The notes under the pieces: model-generated
What the model was told of the DNA's origin: nothing
Databases searched by the model: none
What the model saw: the letters and a program-made list of their open reading frames with translations, nothing else
Shown here: positions 1 through 10,960 of the stretch, piece after piece
Numbering within the stretch: the first letter of the stretch is position 1
Layout of the letters: every line of letters begins with the position of its first letter
Assembly (NCBI GenBank): GCA_011109175.1
Contig: RDEW01000130.1
Location: 1 to 33,629, forward strand
Direction: 5' to 3'
DNA from: Dicyema japonicum
Lineage: Eukaryota; Animalia; Dicyemida
Length of the DNA: 33,629 nt
Program-made: the position numbers and the translations under genes

Positions 1-53
1 TAATATGTTTTGAATTGTTTGGGAAACCATTTTAAAATAAACAAATATTCATT

Positions 54-440
54 TTGAATTTTAGTGACCTGAATCTGGAAACATTATCGGATGGAGATCC
101 TCTCGAATTAGTGGAATGTCCCTATGACAAAAATCACAAAGTCTGCAGGAAAAATCTAAGTAAGCACATCCTCGTCTGTCGGACAGTATTACGTAATAAA
201 TTACATCAGAACCCACTCACCCTCAAAAAACAGAAACAGGCCGCTTTATATGCGCTACAACAACGCCCACGTCATTGCCATCTCAGAGAAGAAGAACATA
301 TGGCTACCTGTCCTGATAGGATTCAGTTTTTAAGCCACACAGAAAACTGTCCTTTGCATATTTTATTCCCTATAGGTAAGAATAGCGAATATGTATTCGA
401 GGATTTGGACAAAAAACTGGGAAGTGACGACGATTGGTAG
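54..440 (+). CDS. GTSF1: Gametocyte-specific factor 1-like protein (two CHHC U11-48K-type zinc fingers)
   Basis: Finger 1 is CPYDKNHKVCRKNLSKHILVC. Finger 2 reconstructs as CRYNNAHVIAISEKKKHMATCPDR after restoring three 1-nt homopolymer losses (~225-300). Introns at 186-209 (24 nt) and 349-375 (27 nt); acidic tail ending DDDW-TAG. The start codon is unclear (TTG at 54; possibly an upstream exon with ATG at 5). Confidence 0.8.
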   Translation: MNFSDLNLETLSDGDPLELVECPYDKNHKVCRKNLSKHILVCRTVLRNKLHQNPLTLKKQKQAALYALQQRPRHCHLREEEHMATCPDRIQFLSHTENCPLHILFPIGKNSEYVFEDLDKKLGSDDDW

Positions 441-674
441 ACTTCTTTTGTAATTTTTTTTCTATGCTTAAATGTTTCTTATTTACTACTAAAATATCTC
501 AAAATAAATAAATGTGATAATAAAATGGAGTGTTGACGTAGGACAGATTTTTGTGGTGAAAAATAACACTTTTAATAAAATTGGGTCTTTGTGAAAAATT
601 TCAGTATTTGTAACATAATTTGAATCCGTATGTGATGAGATGTTTCCTCAAATTCGATCGGAGCTTTCGGCACG

Positions 675-703
675 GGCAGCCACTGAGAATCGAACCCTGG
701 ACC
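675..703 (-). pseudogene. tRNA-like 3' half (T-arm plus acceptor-side fragment)
   Basis: The minus strand reads GGTCCAGGGTTCGATTCTCAGTGGCTGCC, with a GTTCGATTC B-box/T-loop. No matching 5' acceptor strand or D-arm is visible. Confidence 0.3.
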
Positions 704-760
704 AATGAAGTTAGCAAAAGATTTTGAAATATTCAACATTGGACTAATCTAAATTTAATA

Positions 761-1164
761 TTATAGCCGACAGACCGAAATTTCATTTACGGTGTAAAGA
801 AACTTAAAACTTAAGAATATAAATAGATTTGAACACTTTCTGTAGGCTAAGACAGTTAATAAATGTGATTTAATGAAATGTATTTTGCATGGTTTTATCT
901 GATTGTTGCCAAAAAGATGATGGAATATGCAAAGCAGCGACGAATCGCCTTTAATGTATGCTATGTGCATGGAAAAATCTGTATTGCAGCTTCCACAGCC
1001 ATTAATAGCAAATACAAAATCAAATACGTAAAGAGACAAACAGAGCACAAAAGAACACAAGTGCACATGCTCTTCTTAAATATTATACTTAAAATAAGGT
1101 TCACCAATCAGTAATACTTCTTATTAATAAATATAAACAAAAAATTAAATATATTTTTTGACAT
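761..1164 (-). CDS. Small Cys-rich predicted membrane protein, orphan family, copy 1
   Basis: ATG at 1164 and a 30-nt intron GTATTACTGATTGGTGAACCTTATTTTAAG. The spliced product MSKNIFNFLFIFINKNIIFKKSMCTCVLLCSVCLFTYLILYLLLMAVEAAIQIFPC(H)IAYIKGDSSLLCIFHHLFGNNQ... has one hydrophobic helix. A close paralog lies at 3595-3954. Confidence 0.5.
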
Positions 1165-1184
1165 AAAAAATCCTATAAATAAAA

Positions 1185-1557
1185 TATGATGACATCAATA
1201 TAAATAAACTCACATCCAACGACGATCCCTAGGCAGGGCATTCCGAGATTTATAAGGTGGAGGAGTTCCTGAATTGGTAGAATGTTTCCAAAGACCTTCT
1301 CCCAATGTGTGAAAGTCTCAAATGTACAGTGGCGAGGGTTATTCCATTTTGGAATCAAGTTATTGTGCCACAAATCAAGGTTTTGTCCACTTTGATTGGT
1401 CAGAGTGGAAAGTGCTTATTTCTGCCCACGGGAATAGTATTAGAGCATTGGTGAAGACATTTCAGAGTATTTCGGACAGTGATATTGTGGAGTTATGTCA
1501 TTATTTCTATTCCTTGCAGGGATTTAGTTGGTCGTCATGTTTGATGAGGATTTTAAT
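1185..1557 (+). pseudogene. PGAM: Phosphoglycerate mutase (dPGM/PGAM) C-terminal half only
   Basis: KDLLPMCESLKCTVARVIPFWNQVIVPQIK, intron 1380-1403, then SGK(K)VLISAHGNSIRALVK...SISDSDIVEL...VVMFDEDFN. This matches the PGAM pattern LPxCESLKDTxAR.PFWN..IVPQIK..K.VLIAAHGNSLR. The N-terminal RHG catalytic half and the normal C-terminus are absent. Confidence 0.8.
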
Positions 1558-1776
1558 TTGGCCTACCAAAACTGCGCTTGTCAGCCACACACGGGTGACT
1601 GGCTCAAAACTCTCCCTACCCGTAGCACGGAGTTACTACTGGACGACGAATCATACGGATCGGAATCAGCTTACGCTTGGGCTTGGACATCTGCCAGNTA
1701 CTCTGAGGAAGGGCAAAATAATAGCAAGAGGATCACAAAAGTTGATGTCCCTGTTCAGGGAGGCCAGGACCATTAA
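1558..1776 (+). mobile_element. CRE-clade non-LTR retrotransposon fragment (region before the zinc knuckle)
   Basis: CQPHTGDWLKTLP...LLLDDES / IRIGISLRLGLDICQ aligns with SQKYSGDWLTAIP...LLDNECLRIAVSLRLGVNIC of the CRE copy at 20030-20830. Confidence 0.7.
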
Positions 1777-2319
1777 ATTGAAAAATTTAATTAATCTTAA
1801 CTTTTTAATTTCTTGCTTTTAAAATTTTTTGATTACCTTTTACAATTATTTATAAAAATACGTAAAACTATAATATATTGCATTATTTTTAAGTGGCCAC
1901 TTTTTTCTGCATTAAGTGTATGTATTTGCACGTGGATAGTTTTGGCACTCGAATCAAAATTAGTTTTCAGAAAAAAACTAAGAAAAAACAGATTAAAAGA
2001 ATAAAATCGAAAAATTTCATAAATAAGTATATAGGAACAGATTAAAGAATAAAATCAGAAAATAACTCGAAAATGATGAAATTTCAGATAACTTTATCAT
2101 GAAAAGAAACTACATCACAAAATATTCCTTCTGAATCCAATTTAACGAGAAAAATAATATGAAGTGGAATAAAAACAAGTACAACAAACTAAATCTACAA
2201 CGTGTAAGAGTTTATCACGGTTTTATTAAAAATTATTAAGATTAATCTAATTAAACAATCGTTAATTAAGAATAAATTTTATTTATATTAACAAAAACAA
2301 ACTATAATTTGGCGTTATA

Positions 2320-3581
2320 GAGGGGGATGTGACAGACCATGTTTCCCAACCTACAATGTATACTTTTGATATTCTCATATAAGGATCACGATATTGACGG
2401 ATTCGTATAATTCGCTGACCATTTTAGTAACTGAAAAAAGTGTGAAAATAAATGCAGCTGAATCTACCAATGCCACACACACTCTACAAGTTCTGCCAGA
2501 CCCAATTTGGCACATGTCTGCAATAGTTGGAGAGCCGCCAGACTCCTCTTGGCTGCCTCGGCCAGAACAGTCATGGTAATCACGGAATATAACCTAGTCA
2601 GTCCACACAGACAGTCCACCATGTTGGGGGTTCACTTGAAGATTCCACAAGAGGACACGTATCGAGGAACTTGGTTAGTTCATTCAAGTCAGTGGACGGA
2701 CTTACAATCCGACAGACCTCGACTGTGTGGTAGAGAAGGGGACTCTCATCGTGGAATGTGCCTCCAGTCTCAGTACGGAGGGAGGACTCGCAGGATGTCC
2801 TCAACCAGGACGAGTTTGGCATGGAGGACTGGCCAGACATTGGAAATCAACGAATGAGAAGTATTGGCCTACTTCGTAGTACAGGAGGAGTCGCCTGCAA
2901 AGTCGGGGAGGTCAAGTCATGGGCGAGGAAGTGGCAGTACAGTCTGAGGAATACCATTTCCGACATCTCAGATTAAGGGACTCTCATTACAGTAATCAGT
3001 TTTATTTCTGAGGATGTGAGGACACAAGACTGAGAGGAAATAAGTCTGTGGAGACAGCAAATCCCGAAAAAGAACAAAGCGGAGACCAGTTTGGAGTGGA
3101 AGGGAGCGGAATGGAAGGATTGGAGTGCACAGTCATAACAGTCTGAGCGCATAACTACAAAAACCAACAGTCCCTAATTGTGGGAGAACAGTCCATAAGA
3201 ATGGTCAATTCTATCCATCCCAGGGCTATTTGTTTTATTACGTGGGGACGAGTAGAGTCCGAGTCTCCTTTTTGTTCTGTTGAGCATTATATATGCTTGT
3301 TGGCAGTATTCGTTCTCGTCTTTGGCCTTCTTGTAATTCTCCACGAACTCGTTGGTGACAGTCCAGGGATATCTCGGAGTTATTGGACCCGTCATACTCG
3401 GATGCTTCAAACTCATTTCGGAGGGAGACGAAGGGAATTGAAGTACTCTTTTAACCTGGCCTGGAATTGTTCCTTCGCACTGCTCGAGAGTATTCCAAAC
3501 TTAACTTCGGAGACCACATTGATTATCGTCATCACCCTAACTACAACAATTTATTCTCATTTCGAGTACATTTTGAACTAA
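2320..3581 (+). CDS. Unidentified multi-exon gene Y, copy 1; Cys-containing region plus C-terminal hydrophobic helix (possible type I membrane protein)
   Basis: Short introns at 2358-2383 and 2405-2427 flank a 21-nt exon. Downstream is GC-richer coding-like sequence (YNPTDLDCVVEKGTLIVEC; GVACKVGE). ORF 3180-3581 contains HYICLLAVFVLVFGLLVIL. The frame is broken several times. Confidence 0.4.
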
Positions 3582-3594
3582 TTTAAATTTATTA

Positions 3595-3954
3595 TTATAG
3601 GCGACAGAGTGAAAATCCCTCTATGGGAAAAAGAAACTTAAAACTTAAGTGAATGTGATTTAATGAAATGTATTTTGCATGGTTTATCTGATTGTTGCCA
3701 AAAAGATGATGGAATATGCAAAGCAGCGACGAATCGCCTTTAATGTATGCTATGTGGCATGGAAAAATCTGTATTGCAGCTTCCACAGCCATTAATAGCA
3801 AATTCATAACAAAAAAACGTAAAGAGAGAAACAACTCACAGCAGAACACAAATGCACATGCTCTTCTAAAATATTATATTTAAAATAAGGTTCACCAATC
3901 ATTAATACTTCTTATTGATAAATATAAATAAAAAATTAAATATATTTCTGACAT
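3595..3954 (-). CDS. Small Cys-rich predicted membrane protein, orphan family, copy 2
   Basis: Direct repeat of 761-1164 with ATG at 3954 and shared LLMAVEAAIQIFPCHIAYIKGDSSLLCIFHHLFGNNQ. It lacks a ~45-nt segment near the 3' end. Confidence 0.5.
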
Positions 3955-3989
3955 GAACTCTACTATCACGCCTTTATTTGAAATATTCT

Positions 3990-4528
3990 CTGATCACTTT
4001 TAAGACAGTAAATCCTACCACCTTGCACTGCCCTAAACATGCTAAATGACAACGGCCGTGCACTGAAGAATACGCCTGCCAAACTATACTCCCGGGTACT
4101 TGCCAAAATCAATGGCCTAAACCAATGTTTCACAGCCAATGAAAAAAATCCACGACTTCGTCCATTCTAAGGCTGACGCCTAACTCTGTCCTCAACAAAC
4201 TTCCTCCGGAAGTTCACCCCTCCGAAATGCTTCTGGAGCGTTCCGCTCAGATCAACCTTGCTCGTTTCCGCTCGGGCCATCACCGCTCACTAAACTCCTA
4301 CGCTCACTCATTGAACGACGTGATCTCCCCTTTATGCAACCTCTGCTGTGCCGACGATCACTCAACCGATCACCTTTTCCGCTGCCCTGTTCTCCTCCCT
4401 ATCCGCAGGAAATTTGCTGTCCACTCCCCCGAGGTCCTTTGGGAGCAACCCGCGAAGGCGCTGTTGTTTCTGCTAGCCGCCGGTCTCATACCCTAATGTG
4501 AGACCGGGGTTATGCAACAACAACAACA
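3990..4528 (+). mobile_element. 5'-truncated LINE 3' end with CCHC knuckle and (CAA)n tail
   Basis: ORF 4227-4496 has LARFRSGHHRSLNSY...CNLCCADDHSTDHLFRCP...LWEQP, followed by a short 3' UTR and CAACAACAACAACA at 4515-4528. The clade (I/Jockey-group-like) is not resolved. Confidence 0.8.
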
Positions 4529-5439
4529 TCTTCAAGGTCAAAAAATGTAACAGGCTGCCCATGCGTAACAGATTATGCTTTCCATCGACTGAATGTATGA
4601 TCTAGAAAAAATTCTATTTTTAATTTTTTCACGTATGATTTTATTGAACTTAGCAAAATTATGATTAACATCAACTGTTAATCAACTGTCAAAGAGGCCT
4701 TTTCAAATTCCATTCGACGTTTCAGAACACTCACGTATGAAATACGGTTATACCACCCAAAATTTAATCACTAAAACTTTATTAATAATAGAATATCAAT
4801 TCAAAATAATTTGGAAACCTGTTCCTTCCATTTCGTCTTTCAGCTTATCTCTTCCCAAATATAAATCAACACGTTTGCCTGTAATACTACAAATGATTAA
4901 TAACTTCATCTTTTGTTTTACCTTCTTTCCAGAAATTATTTATATTGTATTAATAATTTATGAAATAACCCCAAATCCAACTATTCTTTAAATATTTGTA
5001 TCCCGAGTCAAAATACTCTTTTCCAAAACTACAGTGCTGGTAGAAAAAAACCGGTTTTGCAGTTACTAACTTTTTTTGGCGGATAGCATTTAATTTTCCA
5101 ACTTTGAGTTAAATTGGACGATAAAAGAGTGATTTCAACATTTCATTAATACCAGTGTGTACTGGAGACTCATTAAAGAGAATACTAAACAACTCATTTG
5201 ATAGGTTGGATAAGTTATTATCGATGTACATTCAAATATTTTGAATCATTAGAAAACTGTTTTACTGTGCAAACATGGGTTACGTGGATGTGAACGCATT
5301 CGCACGTCTACGGCGTTTAGAACCTCTGTAAAAATCTTATTCTAACATTAAAGTCTCATGCCACAAAATGACCTTTTTCAGTCGCCAAAATTGAGGCATC
5401 TCTTATTTATTTGGTATTTTAAATTACTAACTGTGTAGT

Positions 5440-6268
5440 ATTGACGGGAACCAGAAAATGTGCATATTCACTAAGGGGTCCCAACCTACAATGTATATTT
5501 ATATATTCTCATATAAGGATTACGAAAGCGACAAACTCGCTTGATTTTCTGAATAATATCAGCTTAACTGACAAAAGTATTAAAATACAAGCAAATCAAT
5601 CATGGGGGCAACACTTAAAACGGAGGAAGCATTTGGTAAGTTAGTTTACTCACAATAGATTGCAACCTCTGCCTCTACCCATTTTCAAAGAATATGATAT
5701 GCAGAGAGGAGTGTGCGTTATAACATATTCGGATGTAGCTAATTAACTAACCTAATTATTCATTCAAATATTTTCTTGTTCCACTTCTTATGTCTAATTA
5801 GTGTTACACGCAGTAGTCAGGGTCAAAGATACATGTCGAGCACTAAGATTCGGCTCTCTGTAAAATGACCTTATCAATTGTCAATCCTGATGGGTAATGA
5901 GATTAATTCCGAGAATGTACCCCAGCAAAGCCGATATGTAGGACTCCAGTTATTCTACTTAATCGCTTTAGGTGTGGTGGATTGCTATTCGCTAGGAAGA
6001 CTGGGACTGCTTATTCCATATAATACAAACTACCAATCGCAATGGGCATCACTAGTCCCTTCTAAAGCCTACAAAAATGAAATGAATGCATGCACTAAAA
6101 GGACCTGACTTACTTAAGTACGAGTACCCAGCCCCCCGGCGGTGCTTGGTTGGAATCCTATTTTTGCGAGACAACCATGAAGGCAATATCAACTACAATA
6201 GCCATCAACGGAAACACGTTTATCATGCAGGTTATCGGACGGAAATTAGAATAAATTCAGAAAATTAG
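5440..6268 (+). CDS. Unidentified gene Y, copy 2 (diverged paralog of 2320-3581)
   Basis: 5480-5600 aligns with 2345-2470: same introns (5493-5517, 5539-5562), same 21-nt exon (DYESDKL vs DHDIDGF), and LTDKSIKIQA vs VTEKSVKINA. Downstream homology is weak. Confidence 0.4.
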
Positions 6269-6329
6269 AATAGATATTTTGAAAATTTAAAGAATTTGTT
6301 AATTAAAAATAAATTTTTTATCAAGTTTT

Positions 6330-6600
6330 TGTTAAAAATGGTCTCCTTCGATAAATGTTTTCTCCAAGACTGTCTCAAAGTTGATTGATCCGTCCACGGT
6401 GATGAGTATTGCAACGATTTGACACTTAGTCCTGATTTAGCTGCTCTTCCACTATTATTAACGGCTTTTTTAATGATTAGAGAATTGTCAACTCACTCAC
6501 TAATATTTTTATAAGTATTGCGTGTTTCATCGGATAGTCTGCCTGGAAAATGCACTTAATTTTGGACTCTGCGTATAATGGAATTTACAATTCTTATTTC
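6330..6600 (-). CDS. Possible small spliced gene, unknown product
   Basis: RLSDETRNTYKNI, short GT-AG intron, then VNNSGRAAKSGLSVKSLQYSSPWTDQSTLRQSWRKHLSKETIF-TAA. No family recognised and the start is not defined. Confidence 0.3.
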
Positions 6601-6737
6601 GGAAAATAAACCTTACAAAAGAAAAATTTTTTTTAATTAAAAATATCCAGAACTGGTTATTAAATACTTAGTAAACAGACAAGTTTATCAATAAAAACCA
6701 AAAATAAATATTTTTCGACAAACTCTTTAAACTCGCT

Positions 6738-7420
6738 ATGCAAAAAGAGTTAAGTAACCAAACAGTCTACAGATGCTGTTCTTTCTGGGGAGGAGCCTAA
6801 AAAAACGATGCAAATTCGGGCATCCAGTCGTCGGTTTTTGCCATCCATGATGATAAACCACGCGAATCCCACTCGTATCGAATGAACCAGTTCTATAATT
6901 TATTTCTGTATGAATGTAGAAACTGGTGGATTCGGGAGTGGATATGTCCAAATATGATGTGGTTCGAAAGGAAATGACTTTTTTCTGATTAAGGGTACCC
7001 ATACATTGTTGGTAGAAAGAAAAAAGAGGCAAAGAAAGACGTCGGAAAGTCCAAAAAAGACAAAAATGCGAGGATAAACAGTCCCCGGATCTCGGCAAAA
7101 AGAAGAATATCAAAGCTGATATAGTCCAAAATATTGAGCTGGAAAAGAATTTGGACAATTCCGCCAAATCTCTACCAGACGAGACACCAGTGTCGTCCAA
7201 GAAGGTCAAAGAGAAAGTCAAGGATTCGAAAAAACACCCAGAGAAATTCAAAGAGAACAAAGAAAATGCCGAAAGGAAATGAAAAGAGAGCACAGCCGAG
7301 AGGCGCGAGCCACTGATTATTACCGTTTCCTTACATGACAATCTAAGAATTACCAGTTTGTCCCACCAGTCTGTCTATCAGCAATCACCACCACATTTAA
7401 ATCAGATGAGCACATGTTCA
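6738..7420 (+). CDS. Lys/Glu-rich low-complexity protein, unknown family
   Basis: ATG at 6738 and candidate short introns. Purine-rich coding: KLVDSGVDMSKYDV...YPYIVGRKKKEAKKDVGKSKKDKNA...KKVKEKVKDSKKHPEKFKENKE. The end is approximate. Confidence 0.45.
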
Positions 7421-7698
7421 TAAAACAGCATAAAATAATACAACTTACTCGTCCAATATTGTCTGAGTAGACTGACATATTTGAATGTGGATGACCACGT
7501 CTGTCCATGAGAGATCACGTTCTTTAGGAGTATTCGCCACTGAACAGACCCTGTGCTTGTATTTGGAATAAAAGGACTTCTCGGTCTCCAGGTCCGTGTT
7601 TGCAGACTAGAAGGTCACCCCGAGACAGTCATTCTGAGAATGAACACAGCAAGTGTAGAGTCGTCGACAGAAAAGTCTGGATTTGGTTTTAAATCCAT
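7400..7698 (-). CDS. Possible small gene, unknown product
   Basis: ATG at 7698 gives MDLKPNPDFSVDDSTLAV...; a later frame gives ETEKSFYSKYKHRVCSVANTPKERDLSWTDVVIHIQIC. The segment is GC-richer than its flanks and frameshifted. Confidence 0.3.
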
Positions 7699-7826
7699 GT
7701 TCAACTCGTTTGTAATGAGTTATATTGTAACTTTTATTTATTATATTAATTAATATATGCGCATTTAATTTAAAGAAGTAAACCCAAAAGTAAATACACT
7801 TTTTAACAGATAATTAAAATCTAAAA

Positions 7827-9511
7827 ATGAGCATTCTCTATATAATTTTAACAATATTCAAAGTCGGCTGTAGTTACCCATATAGAAACACAAACATGCT
7901 TAATGTCAACCGCGACGAGCCCTTAATTATAACTGACTATTTAAATAACGGAAAAACGGACTTGGCTCGTGAATTGAGCAGAGTCGAGCCCTTGATTGGA
8001 AATATTGAAAGTTATGCAGGTTTCTTCAGAGTAAGCATTGATTGTGTCAGGAATATGTATTTCTGGTATTTCCCTGCAAAAGTAAAACAATTTGAGATAA
8101 ATATTTAATAGAATGGAAACACGTCAGCCCCTCTTTTGGTTTGGTTACAAGGAGGACCCGGATCGTCTTCAATCTATGGACTATTTGTAGAAAATGGTCC
8201 CTTCTTTTTCGATTCAAATAATAACTGTAGTTTAATGTGATTTATGTTGTAGTACAATTGAGAAAACTTTCATGGACAAATGAATATAATGTAATCTACA
8301 TTGATAATCCAGTATTTTAATATTTTTGACATTCAGGTCGGATCAGGATTTAGTTTTTCAAAACAAGAATGTTATCTCACCACCCAAGATCAAATCGGTT
8401 TATATTTATCAATGTGATTTATCGAATTGATATGAATTAGAATGATGCAACAATTTTATCTGCTTTTCCCAGAACTAAGACCGAATGCTCTTTACATCAC
8501 TGGGGAGTCATACGCTGGGAAATACATCCCTGCAATGGTCTATGCAATAGATCAGTACAACCAGAACACTCCCACGCCAATTAACCTGATTGGAATGCTA
8601 TTGGAAATGGATATTGTGACCCCACCAATGTATTTGTGTTATTTTACAACAGATGAATGACTATGGGGAATATTTGTTTAACGTTGGACTTATTTTTGAT
8701 AATCAAATTGGAAAATTCGATGACTTGATCGCTTTGGTTCGACAGTACGCCCAAAATGGGGATTTTGATCGTGCAGGCCAAGTTTATTGCTTAATAAATA
8801 AAATTATAAGTATCAAGATCGGATTTGGGAACTTATGGTCGAACTCACTGGACTGGATGATCTTAAAACATTATATTATCAACAGTCAATTTAAAAATCT
8901 AAAGCTACTGATAATTGAGAGGACGTTGCCCCTCAGGATTGCAATGGATAGTCTTTGGAACAACCATTGCTTCTCCCGAGGATGATCTATATAACTTTTA
9001 TCTCGACAGGGTTTGATTTAAAGTACTAAAGTGAAGGAAACCTTCCTATCAGAATTACATTGATTTTGTAAACAGCAATGCACGTCGACTGAATGCAGGA
9101 AATTTAACTTTTTACGACTTTTCTGAACCTGTTTATCTCAAACTGTCCACAGACGAAGCAATGACAATGTCCCCTATAATTGAGTATCTTATAAACGCCG
9201 GATACAAAGTGCTATAACATGTTTTGATTTATTTTTAGACTCTTTTTTATTCAGGTCAGGTGGATTTGGTGGTCCCCTACACTGCCACAAGTCCATTTTT
9301 AAGAATACTTGATTGGAATAGAAAAGAAGAATTTGTTTCTGCTCCTCAGCGAATTTGGTATTCTACAAATGGACCTTCCCGTGTGAATGGATACTACAAA
9401 TCTGCTGGAAATGTGATGCAGTTGATTGTGAGGGATTCTGGACATATGGTCCCCACTGATCAGCCTGAAGCTACGATTGAAATGCTCGAATTATTCATTT
9501 ATGGATTCTAA
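7827..9511 (+). CDS. CPVL: Serine carboxypeptidase S10, CPVL/vitellogenic carboxypeptidase-like, secreted
   Basis: Signal-like N-terminus; [46 protein letters not shown], the nucleophile motif [13 protein letters not shown] (after a 1-nt fix) and the catalytic His in [13 protein letters not shown]. Many short introns, e.g. 8082-8111. Confidence 0.93.
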
Positions 9512-9570
9512 TTTCTTTTTTCGGTTTGACTAATATTTCTTGTTATTAACAAAAATGAATTCTTTAATAT

Positions 9571-10076
9571 CAGGTTAATAACTTTGTAGATTAAATTGCG
9601 ATTTTTTGGAGATCGACTATATATTTTAATAACACAATTTTTATTTTATAATTAAAAAGTTAATGGGATTTTTGGCATTGTAATTCTCTTGCGATTATTT
9701 TAAATTCTGGCTCGTATGAGCTTATTGCTATTCCATGCAATCCCCATCCGTTAAACGGGTCCAGGATTAAGATTTTGTCATTTTCATGCTTGAAAATGAT
9801 TTTCAGGATAAATATGTGCTTCCAAAGCATTAAAGAATTCGTTGATACAAGCCAATCAAAATCCGATATTTTTCTAGAGACATAAATCTCCACATGTTGA
9901 CATTTGAATATGATTTTAAAATGAGATCATTTTTTAGATTTATAATTTCTATTTCAATTTTTCTTGGTTAAACGTCAAAAATCTTTCTAAATACAAAAAT
10001 ACAATTAGCAATTTATACATCGAAGGCGATCTATCGACCAAGAAATGTGCCGCGATCGACTGGTTGGCCACCGCTG
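9571..10076 (-). mobile_element. Internally deleted hAT element (GTF2IRD2/Spin-like) remnant
   Basis: The minus strand begins CAGCGGTGGCCAACCAGTCGATCGCG at 10076 (hAT TIR plus GATCGC subterminal repeats). The transposase C-terminus HGIAISSYEPEFKIIARELQCQKSH-stop ends at 9660. The other end is degenerate near 9571-9620. Confidence 0.7.
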
Positions 10077-10299
10077 TCGTATATAATCGATAAAAACCAA
10101 AATTGTTTTTATGAATATTGAAATAGAATTCATTAATTATATACTTGCATTTCAAACTCAATGTCAGATGTGAATCTCGTCTAAGTCAAGAATCGACAAA
10201 TAGAAACCCGTGAACAATGAATTGCCCGAAAAGAATGAAAGAAAATTTTCAAACTCGTACATTTAACGCATATTCGACTCATGGCTATTTCTTTACAGG

Positions 10300-10960
10300 A
10301 GAATCACGCTTACTGGAAATTAAGAAACACAATTACAAAATGCAAACAATTTTTGTTATTATTTGAGTTCTAGAAATGACGATGTCACACGAATGTTTAA
10401 TCGCGCAGTTGCAGAAAATCTATTTCCTATCAAAAAATTTTGTAAATCTATCTGCTTATCACCAATAATTGCAACGAGTCACTATCTTCACTTTCCTATT
10501 TTCGAACTATTGTTAACATTGCCAAAGTTGACTCATCCAATTAATGGATCAATGTATAATTGACCAAAGAGAAGAACTCTTACAAATTAAGATTTATTAA
10601 CCAAAGGACCAGGGTAAGCCAGTTAATTATAATCCACATGATCCCCGATGCACTTCGCAAGCAATGGAGATCCTCCGGAAAGGTTCGATCCTGCGCAAAG
10701 TGATCGACCTGGGGCGACGATGTTTCCAAATCCAATTGAAAGTTCCAACTGACTTGATGGAATCCATAACGCCACGCTAAAATCCAAAAAGAGGGAGATC
10801 ACTTGTCTGCAACTGCGTCGTACCAGAAGTACTCGTCGCCTCACAGGCAAGGGAACGTTGACGAGACTCGGCCCCCAACTGGAAAGTAGCCTCCTTCGGA
10901 ATCGAATCCACGACTGCCGTAATCCAATATCCATTACATACTCTTCAGCCAAGGAGGCAT
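10300..10960 (-). CDS. Unidentified spliced gene
   Basis: ATG at 10960; MPPWLK, 28-nt intron (GTATGT...GGCAG), IVDSIPKEATFQLG, then a 26-nt intron (GTGATC...TTTAG). GC-richer coding-like sequence; the family is not recognised and the 3' end is uncertain. Confidence 0.45.

Noticed and set aside
668-720. RHGQ motif as the missing PGAM N-terminus
   Set aside because: The following residues (PLRIEPWTNEV) do not match RHGESxWN, the other N-terminal PGAM motifs are absent, and an unrelated opposite-strand gene lies in between.
2319-2488. Apparent solo LTR (PPT-like AGAGGGGGA, TGT...TACA ends, AATAAA)
   Set aside because: Its homolog at 5480-5600 lacks these termini but shares two short introns and a 21-nt exon with codon-like divergence. 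Paralogous exons explain the repeat better, and no TSD or PBS was found.
4530-5430. Possible gene or TE remnant in the AT-rich spacer
   Set aside because: Only short broken frames on either strand, with no recognisable motif or termini; not supportable.
6736-7341. 201-aa minus-strand ORF
   Set aside because: It is a Phe/Leu/Ser-rich antisense shadow of the purine-rich, Lys/Glu-coding plus strand.
9949-10161. vWA-like motif FLVDRSPSM in a minus-strand ORF
   Set aside because: It is the chance translation of the hAT terminal and subterminal repeats (CAGCGGTGGCCAACCAGTCGATCGCG...).
10300-10960. PLD3-like (VDSIP) or TDP1-like assignment
   Set aside because: No HKD/HxK catalytic motif or other supporting motif was found downstream.
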